A DNA stretch of 64,000 nt. It comes from Chrysomallon squamiferum. Taxonomy: Eukaryota > Animalia > Mollusca. Shown piece by piece: positions 22,599 through 36,563 of the stretch. The translations under genes and the position numbers were made by a program. The notes below the pieces were generated by a model. It was not told where the DNA came from. It made no database searches and saw nothing but the letters and a program-made list of their open reading frames with translations. The first letter of the stretch is position 1, and the number at the start of each line of letters is the position of its first letter. The stretch covers positions 682,001 to 746,000 of the forward strand of contig CM022677.1 of the NCBI GenBank assembly GCA_012295275.1, in the 5' to 3' direction.

Positions 22599-25500
22599 AT
22601 CCGGACTGTATTGAGATCAGATCACGGACTGTCCGAGAATATGACTGTGTGTTTGTTGTTGTGTTTTACCCACAGCATGGCTCTGATGATGGCTACCAAT
22701 TCGGCCGTATACACCGAAAGGTTATTTCTGATACGGCCGAATTGTATGCATGTGGGTTTGTTTGTGTGATCTTGGGCTATGAAGGCGAATCCTACTCTCC
22801 CGTTGTCTGGGTTTTGGATCCGTCAGTGTAGATGTGCGTGTGTTGTTTGTAGTGGTCGTTTGCTGCTGCCAAAAAAATGGCTTTTTTGAACGGTGTGATC
22901 TCTGTTTTGTCAGTTTCTCTTTTGATCAGGAAAGGTGTGTTTATTGTTGGTTTTGTTTCTTTGTGGTATGCCGGCAGTGGCATTTCACCTATTCGATAGC
23001 AGTAGACTATGCGATTTAAAGAGTTGTCCTATCCTTTGTTGGTCGGGGACCAGATCCTTGACCGGGTGGTCTGTGTTGAATGTGTGTATTTTCAGGTTGT
23101 ATTTTAGTAGCTGCAGCTTTCTTCTGTATTTTAATGATTGGAAGCTGTATTCCGACAGGAGGCTGTCGGATGGTGTTGTGTTTGGCAGGTGGCCGGTCAG
23201 CCTGAGGGCACTTGATTGAATTGTGTCTAGTTTTTTTAAATAGAGTTTGGGAGCATTCGAGTAAGCCGTGGCTCCGTAGTCGAGCTTGGAGAGAATACAC
23301 GCTTTGTGTATCAAAATCAGCGTTGACTCGTTTGCTCCCCAACTGGTTCCGGAAATTAACTTTAGAAGATTGATTGTTTTTTTGCAGGATGCAATTATGT
23401 TGTGTATATGGCATCGGAAGTTGAGTTGACTGTCGAATTTTGAATGTCTTTGTTTGTGTTATGACGTTGTTGTCGATGTTGAGTCTGATCTTGCTGTTTT
23501 TTGATTTCTTGTTGAAAAGGAGGCATGTCGTTTTCGAAAGAGAAATCTTTATGCCCCATTTCAACACTCAGTCGTTTATGTTGTTTATGTCTTTTGTATT
23601 TGTTTCTGTATTGCTGCGGTCGATCTGCCTGCACACCAAAAGGCGCAGTCGTCTGCAAAGAGTGCTGTATTTTTTGGTTCCTTTGGTGGATTTCTGGCGT
23701 TGTCTTGTTTGTCGAGTGCTGTGACGATGTCGTTGATGTAGATATTGAAGAATGTTGGCGAGATCACGGATCCTTGGGGGATGCCGTTTTCGGTTGTCGT
23801 TTTCTCTGAGGTGTGACCGTTTACTTTGACTGCTATGGTTCTGTTGTTAATAAAGTCTTTGATAAAGTTGAACATATTGCCTTTGATGTTGTTGTTGATT
23901 AATTTAACGAGCAGTCGTTCCCTCCATACCATGTCGAATGCTTTTTCAATGTCTAAAAAAACTGCTATGACTTTTTTTGATTTTCGAAAAGATTTGTTGA
24001 TGGATGTTTGCAGGCAGGGCATCTGGTCGTTTGTGTTGTGTTTCTTCCTGAAGCCGCTTTGAAATTTGCTGATTAAATTGTTGTCGTTTAAATGCTGGTT
24101 CAGGCGTGTGTTGATCATTGTTTCCAATGCTTTGCACATGTGTGACGTCAGCGTGATAGGCCTGTAGCTGTTGGGTAGTGAGTGATCTTTGTGCGGTTTG
24201 GGCAAGCTGAAACACTCGGCGTGTTTCCAGTTTGTTGGAATCTTGCCGGTGGTCCATATTGCGTTGTAAAGATCGAGTATGACGAGTAGTGTTTCGTCTG
24301 GTAGGTGTTGTAGTATTGTGTAGCTTATTTTATCTGGCCCCGTGGCTGTACTTTTCTTGTTTTTGAGTGCATGTTTTAATGGTGATTTCCACCGCAGAAA
24401 CTACACGTTAAATGTTTCAGGTTGTGTCTGTGGGTGCACTGGTTTGTCATGTGCCCCCATTGCGCAACACGGCCTCATTTCTGCCAGTGTATATTTGTAG
24501 CCATCAATGGTGATGGTTGTGTTGGTTAATTTGCTGTTAAACGTCAGTGTGGTCCAGTAATTTGGCTTTTTCCACATTTCCACAACGACTAGTGTTGAAT
24601 TTGTTTGTTGTACTAGTTCTTTGTTGAACATTTCAAAGAAATCGAGTTTGTTTGAATAGGGGTAATCAAAACCCAAATCTTTTGAAATGTATTTATATAT
24701 TGTTGTATGTTTTGCTTTTGTTGTTTGTTTAGGTTGATGTTGTTGTTTTGTAATTGGTAGTTGTTTTGGCTGCTGTTGTGTGAGCAGTGTTTTTCTGGGT
24801 TGTGGTGTGGGTGTTTTTTTCTGTGTCTGTTTTGTGTCAGGGATTATTTTTGGTAAAACCCTGACAACAAATGTTTCGTCCCAGATGGTAATGTCGGGAC
24901 CGATTGTTTTAAGTGTTTTTGTATCTACTTCGAAGTAGATTTCTTTTCCGTTTTGATTATTGTTCACTTTTGTTGTTTTATCAATAATGTGTATTTGCTT
25001 CTAGTAAGTAGCGCAACTTTTTGTCGATGTTTGAGTGGTTTTGTGTGTGTATTGCAATGGTGGTTCGGCTGTGGGTATGTATTTTTTTTTTCTTTTAATT
25101 ATTTTCCAAGCGTTTTGTTCGCTTACGTCTTCCGTGTCTGTTTCCCGTAGCCTTGCCAAAATGTGTAGATTTCTGTTGATAATTTTTTGTTCTTCTGTTA
25201 CTTCTGTGTCCGAATGTGTGTGTTGGACTGTGTTGTCGTTTTTTTTCTTTTGTTTTCTGTTGTGTGTTTTTTCGACGGAGCTAGGGCTCCTGTCCCTGGG
25301 TCGTTTTGGAACTCTAGTTTCCATGTCTGAATTATCTGTTCCTGAGCTATAAATTTTCATGTTTTTTGTTTCCATGTTTGTTGTGTAAATGTATGGGTTG
25401 TCGTTGTTTTGTTGTTATTGTTTCTCTGTTTTTTATAAAATATACTTGGATTTTTTAAATATATAGACAATTCTATATTAATTCAAAAAAAGACTAAAGG

Positions 25501-25731
25501 TAACCCAACTCAAATTCAGATCGAGATAAAGATAAGATATATCGGTTATTTAAGATACAGGAAAGTAAAAGACAAAAGACGAACAAATACATAAAGAAAA
25601 TGGGACAGTATCTTTTTCGTTTCTGAATTCCGCTCAGTAAGCACAATCCGTCCGTTAGTATTCTTCACAGCTTCTCTTCCGGGCTTGCACCATGTCGACC
25701 ATCACGGTGGAGAGTCTGTTGTGAGATATTC
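22599..25731 (-). mobile_element. 5' part of the I/Nimb-type LINE: 5' UTR, ORF1, reverse transcriptase and RNase H N-half; frameshifted, endonuclease deleted
   Basis: RT motifs SYRPITLTSHMCK, FQSGFR, FLDIEKAFD, GIPQGSVISP, LFADD. ORF1 spans 24381-25375 with knuckles (C..AMG-H-TNQC, CSFCGGNH across a frameshift) and is joined to RT at ~24380. TSD gatctcgttcaa at 25732-25743. Confidence 0.92.
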
Positions 25732-27241
25732 GATCTCGTTCAAAACGCGTGCCGCTACTTATACACCAATAGCTACAGCTCTGCAGATAGCCTTTCAGAA
25801 TTTACTTTGAAGCTTTCAATACCAATTTTCAGTTACTTAAACCCCAGTGTTTCTTAGTTTATTAAATAACGGAACTTCCCCTAATTATATAATACAGCTT
25901 CTAAATAGCCCGTGTACATCTTCATAGGCTCTGCTATTTAGTTTTTGTGTATTTAACCCTATTTTCTGTCATTAAATACGTAAAGAGTTAAGGACAGTAA
26001 GAATATAAATTATAAAGATGATTATACAAGATAACTAAATAAATATTATCGTAATATAATAAGATATTTAAGATAAAATGTAGCAGACATTCTGCTTTAA
26101 TGGGCATATAAAAATAAAGATTTACTGAATATTCTATAATTCACTACAAAGAAAACAAAATTACAATTAAAAACAAGTCTGGCAAAGAGGCACTAATGAG
26201 GTTGTCACACCGTACCAAGCTGATTAGAAGGGGAAAGTTTTTTTATTTTAGTTTTTTTTAAAATATGGCTGCATAGAAAATACTATCTTTACTGATGAAA
26301 TACGACATAAAATGAAAACTGGTTTGCTTTATGACTGCAGATGAATGAAACTGGCTGATGGTATAAATCGGGTAATTTTACAATGCGTATTAATTAGGGT
26401 ATGTTTAAATACTGCTGTTCAGAAATGTGTTATGATGGTTCACTGTGGAGTGTTATAAAGAGACGACTGTCACGTGGTCACACCTTTAAACACCTTGGAT
26501 GTTTTATTAAGGCTCGGTGTACGGTAACAAGGTGCTTTAATGGCCACCTAACAAGGAGTATAAACGCTAAAATGACAGCAAACTATATAAATCAGTAAGT
26601 CTACCTATCCACTTTACAAGTTAAGGTGTACATTAATTATTTAATTATGATATACAGGTGACTTGATAATAATACATTATAAAACATACGTTTAAATCAT
26701 TTTGATTAATGATACGAGTGAAGTTATAAAGGGAACCAAGACGAAATAAGAATCTGCAAGGAGGACAGATTAAAACCTTAAATATATCGTCTGCTGGGAA
26801 AGAAATAATTGTATGACTCTACTTTACAAGAGTATTTATTAATAATGTCAGTTTTGGGATAAAATATATAGAAACATTTCTATATAATATATTATCAATA
26901 GGATTGCAAATAAATATATAATTTTAATGTACTGTACATTTCGAAAACGGCATATTGTGGGTCCTCAGTCTTTTGTGAGGCGTTGCATTAATCGAAAACA
27001 GAAATTGGTGTATCAATAACTATATTTTTATACGATGATGTTTTTTTGATGTCAGTATTATTCGTCTGTGCTAATTTAAAAAAGAATAACACTATGAAAA
27101 ATTCAACAGTAATAGATTTAGCCATCGTCAATCATTCAAGATGTATGTTACATATACAAAACATTAAACCATAATTACCATTGTCTGCGTTTTCCTTTGT
27201 CTTGTGCAGACAAAGACTCTCAAGAAGGGCACTGATCAAAG

Positions 27242-27780
27242 ATGGATGGATGGAAAATGGAATAGAATGGTAACTCTTTTTACGTGCTGACTTCCAATTC
27301 AAGGTTCAGGCACGCCTATCACGGATCCGATCTCTGGGATCGCCAGGGATGGGTTCCGGGACAGGAGAGTTGAAGGGAAAATGTAAGGGGACGGTGACGG
27401 TGAAGGTGCATTTGAAGTGGGCAATTTGGAATAAACCTTTGAGTGGTTTTTAGTTAATAAGATCCAAAAGGGTGCAGTAGATATACATATATACACACCC
27501 ACACACAAATATACATATATACATATATAGATATATATATACCTTTATACATATATACACATACACATACACATATATACCTATACACATATATAGATAT
27601 ATATATATATTATACATACATACATATACACATACACATATATACATATATATATATGCATTGGGCATTGTTTGAGGGGTTTTATTTATTTATTTATTTA
27701 CGTAGTTTTTACTATTATATAACGAGAGAGAGAGGAAAGAAGGAGAAAAAAAAAACTCGTAGTGTCATCGTGTCCCAGGA
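27242..27780 (-). mobile_element. 3' UTR and tail of a second LINE family
   Basis: Minus strand ends …gtcagcacgtaaaaagagttaccattctattccattttccatccatccatc. The terminal architecture matches the first LINE but the UTR differs. Confidence 0.6.
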
Positions 27781-28033
27781 CGTTTTTGTTGTTTTTTGTT
27801 TTTAATTTGTTCCTTATTATTATGTATTATCTTTGTTGTTGTTTTTGTTTGATCGATTTTTCGTTTCGATAATCCATTTGGTGTCCAAAAGTTGTTACAA
27901 AATATTGATAAAGTCACGAAAGAAAAAAAAAACGAAGCTCAAATCTGCGACGAGGGCTGTTTACGTAACCAATAAACTAATGTTTACAAATCGTATGTGA
28001 TGTTTACACACATACAGACAAACAGTGAAATAC

Positions 28034-28158
28034 CTAAATGGAGAAGTTCTGGTATCATGACAACATCATGTGTATATCGTCTGCTGGACTGCGAGAGAAT
28101 TACAACTTTTGTGTTTTCCAGATCTGGTATCAAATGAAGTGGGATCAGTTCTAGCCAT
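28034..28158 (-). pseudogene. MEMO/LigB-like gene exon 2, copy d (acceptor mutated AG>AC)
   Basis: 125 nt homologous to 13882-14006; no exon 1 upstream. Confidence 0.75.
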
Positions 28159-28178
28159 GTTAATATGTGCCAAATACA

Positions 28179-28233
<55 letters not shown>

Positions 28234-28351
28234 ATATTTTACAAAATGAATACAAGAAAATGAAATTTAAAAGAAAAAAATTGTATGACTTTACTTTAAA
28301 TAATGTCAGTTTTGGGATAAAGTATATAGAAACATTTCTATATAATATATT

Positions 28352-29385
28352 ATAAAACAGATTTATAGAAGACTACATGGTTGCTTTGGAGTAACATCAA
28401 AGTTTATTATTACCATCATCATCATTATTATTATTATTATTATCATCATTATTAAAAGTTGATTTGTAAGTGAGAAAATCTGAGGAAATAATGGCGTATT
28501 ACTTTAGCTCCTTTTCAGCGGCCGCGCCTCACATTTTTCTTTCGTAATTCAGCATCATCGAAGCTGTAATAACATGTTGTAGATAACGCTGCATCCGAAA
28601 CACTGTGTTACCTGTAAGTGTGATAGGCCTGCATCAAAGCTGTAATAACATGTAGATAACGCTGCATCCGAAACACTGTGTTACCTGTAAGTGTGATAGG
28701 CCTGCATCAAAGCTGAACAGGCCTACACGCCTAAATCTCAGGTTCGCGTTGTACTGTGTAAATTAGTTTTGCGTTTCTGTTATTGGTTCATTATCGAAAA
28801 GCTTTAATCCACATAGATCGTCATCAGCAAATAGTACGTTAAACATTAAAGAACTTGGTAAGCTAAGTAGTTACACGTTTAAAACTGTACGCACCATTAG
28901 ACACCCATCCACATAGATCGACATCAGCAGATAGTACGTTAAACATGAAAGAAGTACGTTAAACATGAAATTAGACACCCATCCACATAGTTCATCAGCA
29001 GATAGTAAACATTAAAGTTGGTAGTTACACGTTTAAAACTGTACGCACCATTAGGCACCATCTTCATGACGCGGCTAACACATGTTTGAAACTTACACAG
29101 ACTGTAACACAGTGTTTTGAGCACTTTCCCACTAAATGGATTAATGACCTCTATGTAGGAATGAAATACATTGTATTGTAGGTGCGCGTGCGCGTGTATG
29201 TGTATTTTTATTGCAATGTTTTATATAAATTAAAAAATATTTACTCTGCACCACTTATACAACATTCCAATTTGTTTTCTTCATTTATTGTTACAATCTT
29301 ATAATCTGTAACCTAGCTATCTTATAATCTGTAATCTGTAACCTAGCTATCTTATAATCTGTAACCTAGCTACTGGTTATGTACA
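28352..29385. repeat. Duplicate of 15245-16225 joined to 17266-17350
   Basis: Near-identical sequence, including the NotI site gcggccgc and the 76-, 100- and 23-bp repeats. Confidence 0.85.
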
Positions 29386-30112
29386 AAAAAAAAACAAAAT
29401 TAACAAAAAGAAATCACATAGAAATATATTTTGTTTTCAATAAATGAAGCGACGAAAGATTATTAGAGACATCATAAGTCTGCTGAATATAGATCATTCA
29501 CTCCATTTACTGAATTCACTAAAATGATTTTATTTAAACCTATATATTATTTTTATTTCATTTAATATAACTGTTTCTTTATAATAAATATATGCCTCTT
29601 TTTCTCTTGTTTAAGTATTCTTTCTTAATTATTATATTTATTTATCATTTTAATTAGTGTTATTGTAGTTATTGTTCTTATTTTTATCGTTAATCTCGTT
29701 ATTTGAGATATTATTACTCAAAAAAAGAAACAATTATCAATAGATATACAGACACACGCATACAAAAGAAAGAATCTGGTTACACGTGTTTGCCTTAGAT
29801 GATATGTATGTAGTTAAATAATAGATAGATACACAGAAGATAGCTAGGGATGGATGTAGAGATAGATAGACATTTTACATTTCATAGGCAAATGAACATG
29901 TATTATATGAGTTATAATATAATATCATATTAACATCGCTTTTAACATCTTTTCTTTTATTGGTCATTTTAATCTCTCTGTCGGTCTGTGTATCCATCTA
30001 TATATCTATATGTCTGTCTGTCTGACTGTCTATGTCTCTGTCTGTTTGTCTCTATATCTATCTACCTACCTATCTACCTCTCAGACTGTAGAGATAAATG
30101 CAGGTGTAGCTG

Positions 30113-30417
30113 TAATTATAACTTCAGTAAATTTGTTATAAACACTGCAGAAAATATTGATAATAAAGCAGCGATAATATTTTATCTCATTGGCAGAGGT
30201 TCTGTGTATTCTGAAAATACTGAAGGATCTTTATTTATTTATTTATTTATTTATATTTTTAAATATATTAATTTGTGTTTTACTTTATATGTAAGAATCT
30301 GTGTTAAAGTTTCAAGTATTTATGAAAGATACGTTTGTAAATGTCAATAATATGGTGAAGTTAGTTCATTTTAATATAGTAATCTCACCTCTAAATTGCA
30401 ACTCCTCTATCTTAACA

Positions 30418-30451
<34 letters not shown>

Positions 30452-33034
30452 TGGAAGACATCTAATTTTTTTCATAGGCATCTTTAAAAGTTGATTCATT
30501 ATTCAACTTGTTAGGTACGTACTACCAATTAATGAAAAATTAAGCTTATTATTTATTTATTTATTTATTTATTATGCAAAATAAAATGATCTAATATTGT
30601 TAATTAAAAATTAACACTTGTATTTTTCAATAAACTGTGTTTTCAGTACATAATATTATAGCTTCGCCTCTGTTTACAACATAAAACATGTAACATAAAT
30701 AGTGATGGCGGTACTGAAGTTGCGTGTTATTATAAGTAAGTAAACAGTTTCTTTCTACGGATGGGTCACCTCCATGGGTGTCCATGGGCAAAACCGTCTT
30801 CCCGTGTGTAGTGGTCCAACAAGAACGACATGACAGTTGACATGATGCGAAAAGCAGCTCAAACCACAAACTGATAAAAAAAAACACCCGATGAATATAA
30901 AGCTGATAATAATTATTAAAACACTATTTATTTACTAAAAATCATAAACGTGAAGAATGTGAAAATGGTGATCAGTAAATATAATTATTGAAATTCAGAT
31001 TAATTTATTACAATAATCGGACATCTCGGTTCTTGGTTTTGTTTCGGTTTCAATAGCGAGAAAATCTTTGCGGTAGACATACATAAAATAACATGAATTA
31101 TTTCGAAAATAAAAAAATAAAAATTAAAGATGAAAATAGTTAAAAAAATAAATTATAATAAGATTTAAATCACTGAAGATTTCGTGCTTACAAATTAGAA
31201 TTTATACTAAGCGTACACTCGATGTTATATAATGTTTATTTTTATATCGATATTAATATTCGGCTAACTTCGTTTTTACGTTCGGGTCTATGACGTCATC
31301 AGTGCTTTGTTTACATAGATACAGTAGGCGATTTTGAAGATTAGCGTATTTGAGTTAGTTCTGACTCTACTTTACTACTTTTTTACTTTGTATATTGAAT
31401 TACATCTGCAAGTGATGAAGGTTACATTTGCGTAGGTTTAATTTTTATATTATTAACATATTTAAGTCCAAACTGGACATATTGTTTTATTCACAGTGAG
31501 GTTGTGCTAGATTATGTTTAGATAATCAACGATAACAGAAAACTGTGTCTATGCATTACTTTCTAACCTCTAATGCTATGATTCCTGTTTCTTATATTGT
31601 TAATATACCCTTGTCAAAATATGTTTATTTTTACATAAAAATAACAACAACAATCAATTACAGATAGTGTTTCGAATGCTTTTATTTAAAAAGTATAAAG
31701 GAGTGTAACAAAACGTTTCAAACACGAAACATCATAAATATGTAAATCATGCCAGTCATTTATATCTTGATCAGTGGTGGTGACAGCAAATTAAAGAAGC
31801 TTTTTCCTCTTAATGTTGAAAAACAGTAACAATAATTCAGAAATGTTTTAGAATACATACATACATACATATACATATTCTAAATTAAAAAGTGTTGTTG
31901 TTTTTCTCTTTCATGCAGTCAGGTTGAGCACAGATTTTGTTTTTAAAATCTACATTATTACATAATTAAGTATAGTTTATAAATTTTAATTTGTACTATT
32001 TATTTATTATTTTGAAGTGTTTAAACTCATTTCAGAAATGATATCAGATTTTATTCATACTGAGAAGACAGAAATCTCGTGTGGTTAGCCGCTCCGTATA
32101 TCTTAGCGATCACACCCAGGACCGGTCCCAGGGATTTTCCTCTTTATATTCTAAAGATCTCAACTATACAAGGTGGCGCCATGACTACATGTGCAGGTTC
32201 CTCCAGACATTGTTGTTCTGTTATATTAGCACTTCACATAACAGTCGGTATTCGTATTAATGCTAAATACAAGAGTCTTTTCAATACTCATTTACTTATT
32301 TATTATTATTATTATTAAGACAGTTATTTACATTTCAGCTGAGAAACACATTTTTAGTTACCTTGGATTACTATGTTTCTTCAGAAACTAAAAAATGAAA
32401 ACATTTCAAAAGATATTTTAAAAATTATTTAAGTTAAAAGTAATAATTAAGATAGAGGACAACATTTTTATAAATATACAAACATAACTGAAATGTATTA
32501 CTTCATATAAAAACTATTATGGGACCTCTAGGATCAAACACTAGTACCTTTGTTTTATATTCGTTTGAATATCAAGAATTATTTCTATTTCAAATATTTT
32601 GCGGTGTAGGGATGCCTAAAATAACTAGAAATCTTCCAGAATTTTTAAAATTATTTTTACGACTAACAGATAAGGAATAAATTATAATAACATTTAAATA
32701 ATTAAAGACTTTCTACTTACAAATTAATATGTATCATCAGGGGATAATTCTATTTTATATCCTTAAAATAATGTTTGTTTGGTTTTTTCGCTTTATATAC
32801 TGAATTTCATCTACAAATATTTCATCTACATTGATGTGAGTTTAATGTTTATATTATTAACATATTTTAGTTTAAATTGGACGTGGTGTTTTCTTCAAAT
32901 TAGATTATGCTATATTAATGTTAGATCAGCTATTTAATTGAAAACTATGTTTATTTTGGTTACTTACGTTGGTAACATACTCTTGTCAGAACATTTTTTT
33001 GCTACAGAATACTAAATAAAATAAGAATTAAATA

Positions 33035-33065
<31 letters not shown>

Positions 33066-35891
33066 CATGGCGGAAACATAAATCTCATTCTCAGACAACT
33101 TTTCACCAAGTCTAAAATTATTTAGATACTGGTTTATAAAACGTATTTTAACATTATTTATTTTCTTTCTTTTCTGAATACGCGTGGAAGAGCCCATGGA
33201 CGTGGACCCCTTCAACGACAGAGACATTCAACCCATGGATACATCCTGAGTATAAGGTATCATAATAAAATATGTTGAAACATTATTATTTTTTGCAAAT
33301 ATTCTCTACTTTCATATTAGACACAGCTGTACTGCGAATGAAGTAAAGATAACATTATATAATAAATAAACATTTTTCTTTTCTTCTTGTACAGGTGGAT
33401 TTCTTTGGTTCTCCCGATCGTTCACGTCCAATGCAAGGACACCGACGTCCATGGGCTCCACCCTCTTCCCGTCTGTAGCGGGCCACGTGAAAAGCACGAC
33501 CTGAGCTGACTTGAAGCTAAAAGCAGCTCAAAGCCTGAACTGGCAAAAACAACTGATGAACACAAAAGTTGACAAAACGTTTGAAACACGAAACATCAAA
33601 AACATGTAAAACATGCCAGTGATTTATATCTTGATCAGTGGTGGTGACAGAAAATGAAAGAAGTTTTTTCCTCTCAATGTTGCATTTATGAACATTATAT
33701 TTACATAACAGTAACAATAATTCAGAAATGTTTTAGAATACATACATATATATATATTCAACCCATGTACGATATATATTTAAAAAAAATAAAGTTTAAT
33801 AATTTACTAAATTAAAAGGTGGTGTTGTTTTCTCTTTCATGTAATAAGGTTGAGCACAGATTTTGTTTTTAAAATCTACATTATTACATAATTAAGTATA
33901 GTTTATGAATTTTAATTTGTACTATTTATTTATTATTTTGAAAGGTGCAAACTCATTTCAGAAATGATATCAGATTTTATTCATACTGAGAAGACAGACA
34001 TCTCGTGTGGTTAGCCGCTCCGTATATTTTATAGGATATTGCTACTTTTTTCAGTGTCATTACTTTGAAAGACCTTTCTATATACAGATAGACAAACAGA
34101 CCAACAGAGTAGAGACAGAAGTGTATGTACTTAAGTTATAACGTATAAATATTTCACTCTAGTTTTCTTACTCTCTGTGTCACTCTCCAGATTACTCTAA
34201 TTAGATGGATTATTTTATTTTACCAGATGTTTAAGTATAATTAAGTAATATAGGTTCTGTGTTTAATGTGCTACTTAACAGAAAATATTATAGACACTTC
34301 TTATCTTATCATATTCACCTTCTAATCAGCAGATGATGACTGTCCCTCATTAACAATTTATTGGTACTTCCAGTCATACCTCCCTCTAACTCCACATATT
34401 CCTCATCACCCAGTTTATAGATTAAGCCAAATTCCATTGTTATATCACTCAATCCATGGACCTACAATGATTACCTTATTTGTTAACAATGTGATAATAT
34501 CTGAAAAGTAATTGCTTATATAACCGAAAACCTTTATGTCCATAATTCCCTTTTTTTATCCTTTTATTGTTTTCCCAATTCTTCTTTGCACCAAAACGTT
34601 CATCCATCCCTCCATCTAACAGTCCATCCATCCTTACTTACCTGCATGTTTCTATCTATCTATCTATCTATCTATATATTTGTTTTGTTTTTTATCAATT
34701 TCTCTGACTATTTGTCTATCTATCTGTCTCTTTATTGGTCAACCTGTGGTGTAGCTTAATCTCGCACCTGCTCACCTCTTTCTAACATAGAAACAGACTT
34801 TAATGAAGAAATCATATGATTTTTTTACTCATATACATGTGCCCATTACCTGTCTAGCTAATCATTTATTCATTACTATCCTCTGTCTGTCTGTCTGTCT
34901 ATATCTATTTTTATTTATATAATTATCTGTCATTCGCTGAAGAATCATACACATATGGCATACTTCTCTGTTTAATAGTTGTTCTCTCTCTGTAACACAC
35001 AAACACATACAACCACACCTACATATCAGTCTCTCTCAGTCTAGCTATCCATAAAATAATCTAACATATAAATATAATCTTATTCACACATTCAGTTATA
35101 TACCAGTCCTCTAACATAAATACAAATACTCATGATTATAAACCTATGTATGTATGTATCTATTTATGTAATTTATACTGTGTATGTGTTTGTGTGTGTG
35201 TCCATCCATACATCTATATCTACCCTCTCTAACACACACATATATATATATACACATAAATATATTCACTCATATATTTATTTATATTTAATCTCTCTAT
35301 CAGTCAGCTGACTCTCACAAAAAATCCACAAAAAAGCACACTATCTTTGACACACATTTATATACCCATTCTCTCTAACACATATATTTATACACACACA
35401 TACACATCAGTTTATCTGTTACTATATATATCTATCTATATATGTACCTAATTATTGTCTACCAAATATATCAATCTATCTTTGAAGCGATGTCTATCTC
35501 TATATCAATCTATCTCACCTTCTCAGTTATACATAGCCACAGTCTATCTTGCACTCACACAAACAAATACGCACACACAAATACACACACACACACACAT
35601 ACATACGTATACACTCTATTTACATCCTTTTTAAGTATTTAAATACACTTTTTCTATCTAGTTATCTATCTATAAATATATTTATTTATCTATCTATTTA
35701 TGCCATATACATAAGCAACAGAGTCGTTCATTATAGATGTGCAGGTATATACTCATGTCTCCTTGCATCTATCTATCTTTCTAGTAATCTATCTACCTTT
35801 CTTCTGTCTATCAATTTACCTGTCTGTTATCATCTACCATCTATCCACCCTTTTTTACACACACACACACACACACATGTAGTTACTTATC

Positions 35892-35937
<46 letters not shown>

Positions 35938-36521
35938 CTAAAAAAAAAATCATCTTCTGAACATACAAATAAATTATCATTCCTATACACGTGCTGCCAT
36001 CTTGGATTTCGATCGGAAATTTCCGTGAGGTCACGGAAGTTTTAAAATTTTCAAATATATTATTTTACGACTACTTTCTGAACTTTTTATGATTTACGCT
36101 GATAAAGATGGTTGTTCATATTACAAAACCGTGATCACAGGCGCCTTTCCTAACTACTTTTTCAACTAAAATAAATGAAATAAATAAATAAAATAAATTA
36201 AAAAAATTAAATGAAAAACATTAAACGAAATAGCAATTTTACAATAATTCATCAAATCATAATATCACGTTAAATAAACCAAAAATACTGGAAACTGGTT
36301 TGTTAAAACACAAAGAAAACGCAGAGAATGTGAATAAGCTGGTTGTGTCTGCTACAAAACATTATACAGAATTGGTTATTTTCATCTAAAAGCAACAAAT
36401 CTAATTTACCGTGACCTTGCATATGCGAGGAGTAATCTATTTCAGAAGTTCGTGGTCTAAGAGAAATAACTCTATTTAACACGCACGTTGGTAAATAACA
36501 AAAAAGACTGAGTGCTGGGTA

Positions 36522-36563
<42 letters not shown>

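Noticed and set aside
22599-25731. Intact, active LINE or an endonuclease-free retroelement class
   Set aside because: Multiple frameshifts; the ORF1-RT join at ~24380 is a deletion, since the 49.6-kb copy retains sequence upstream of it
26401-26598. Cys-containing short ORF in the host repeat, and an open stretch across the LINE target site
   Set aside because: Frame not preserved between paralogous copies and no recognisable domain
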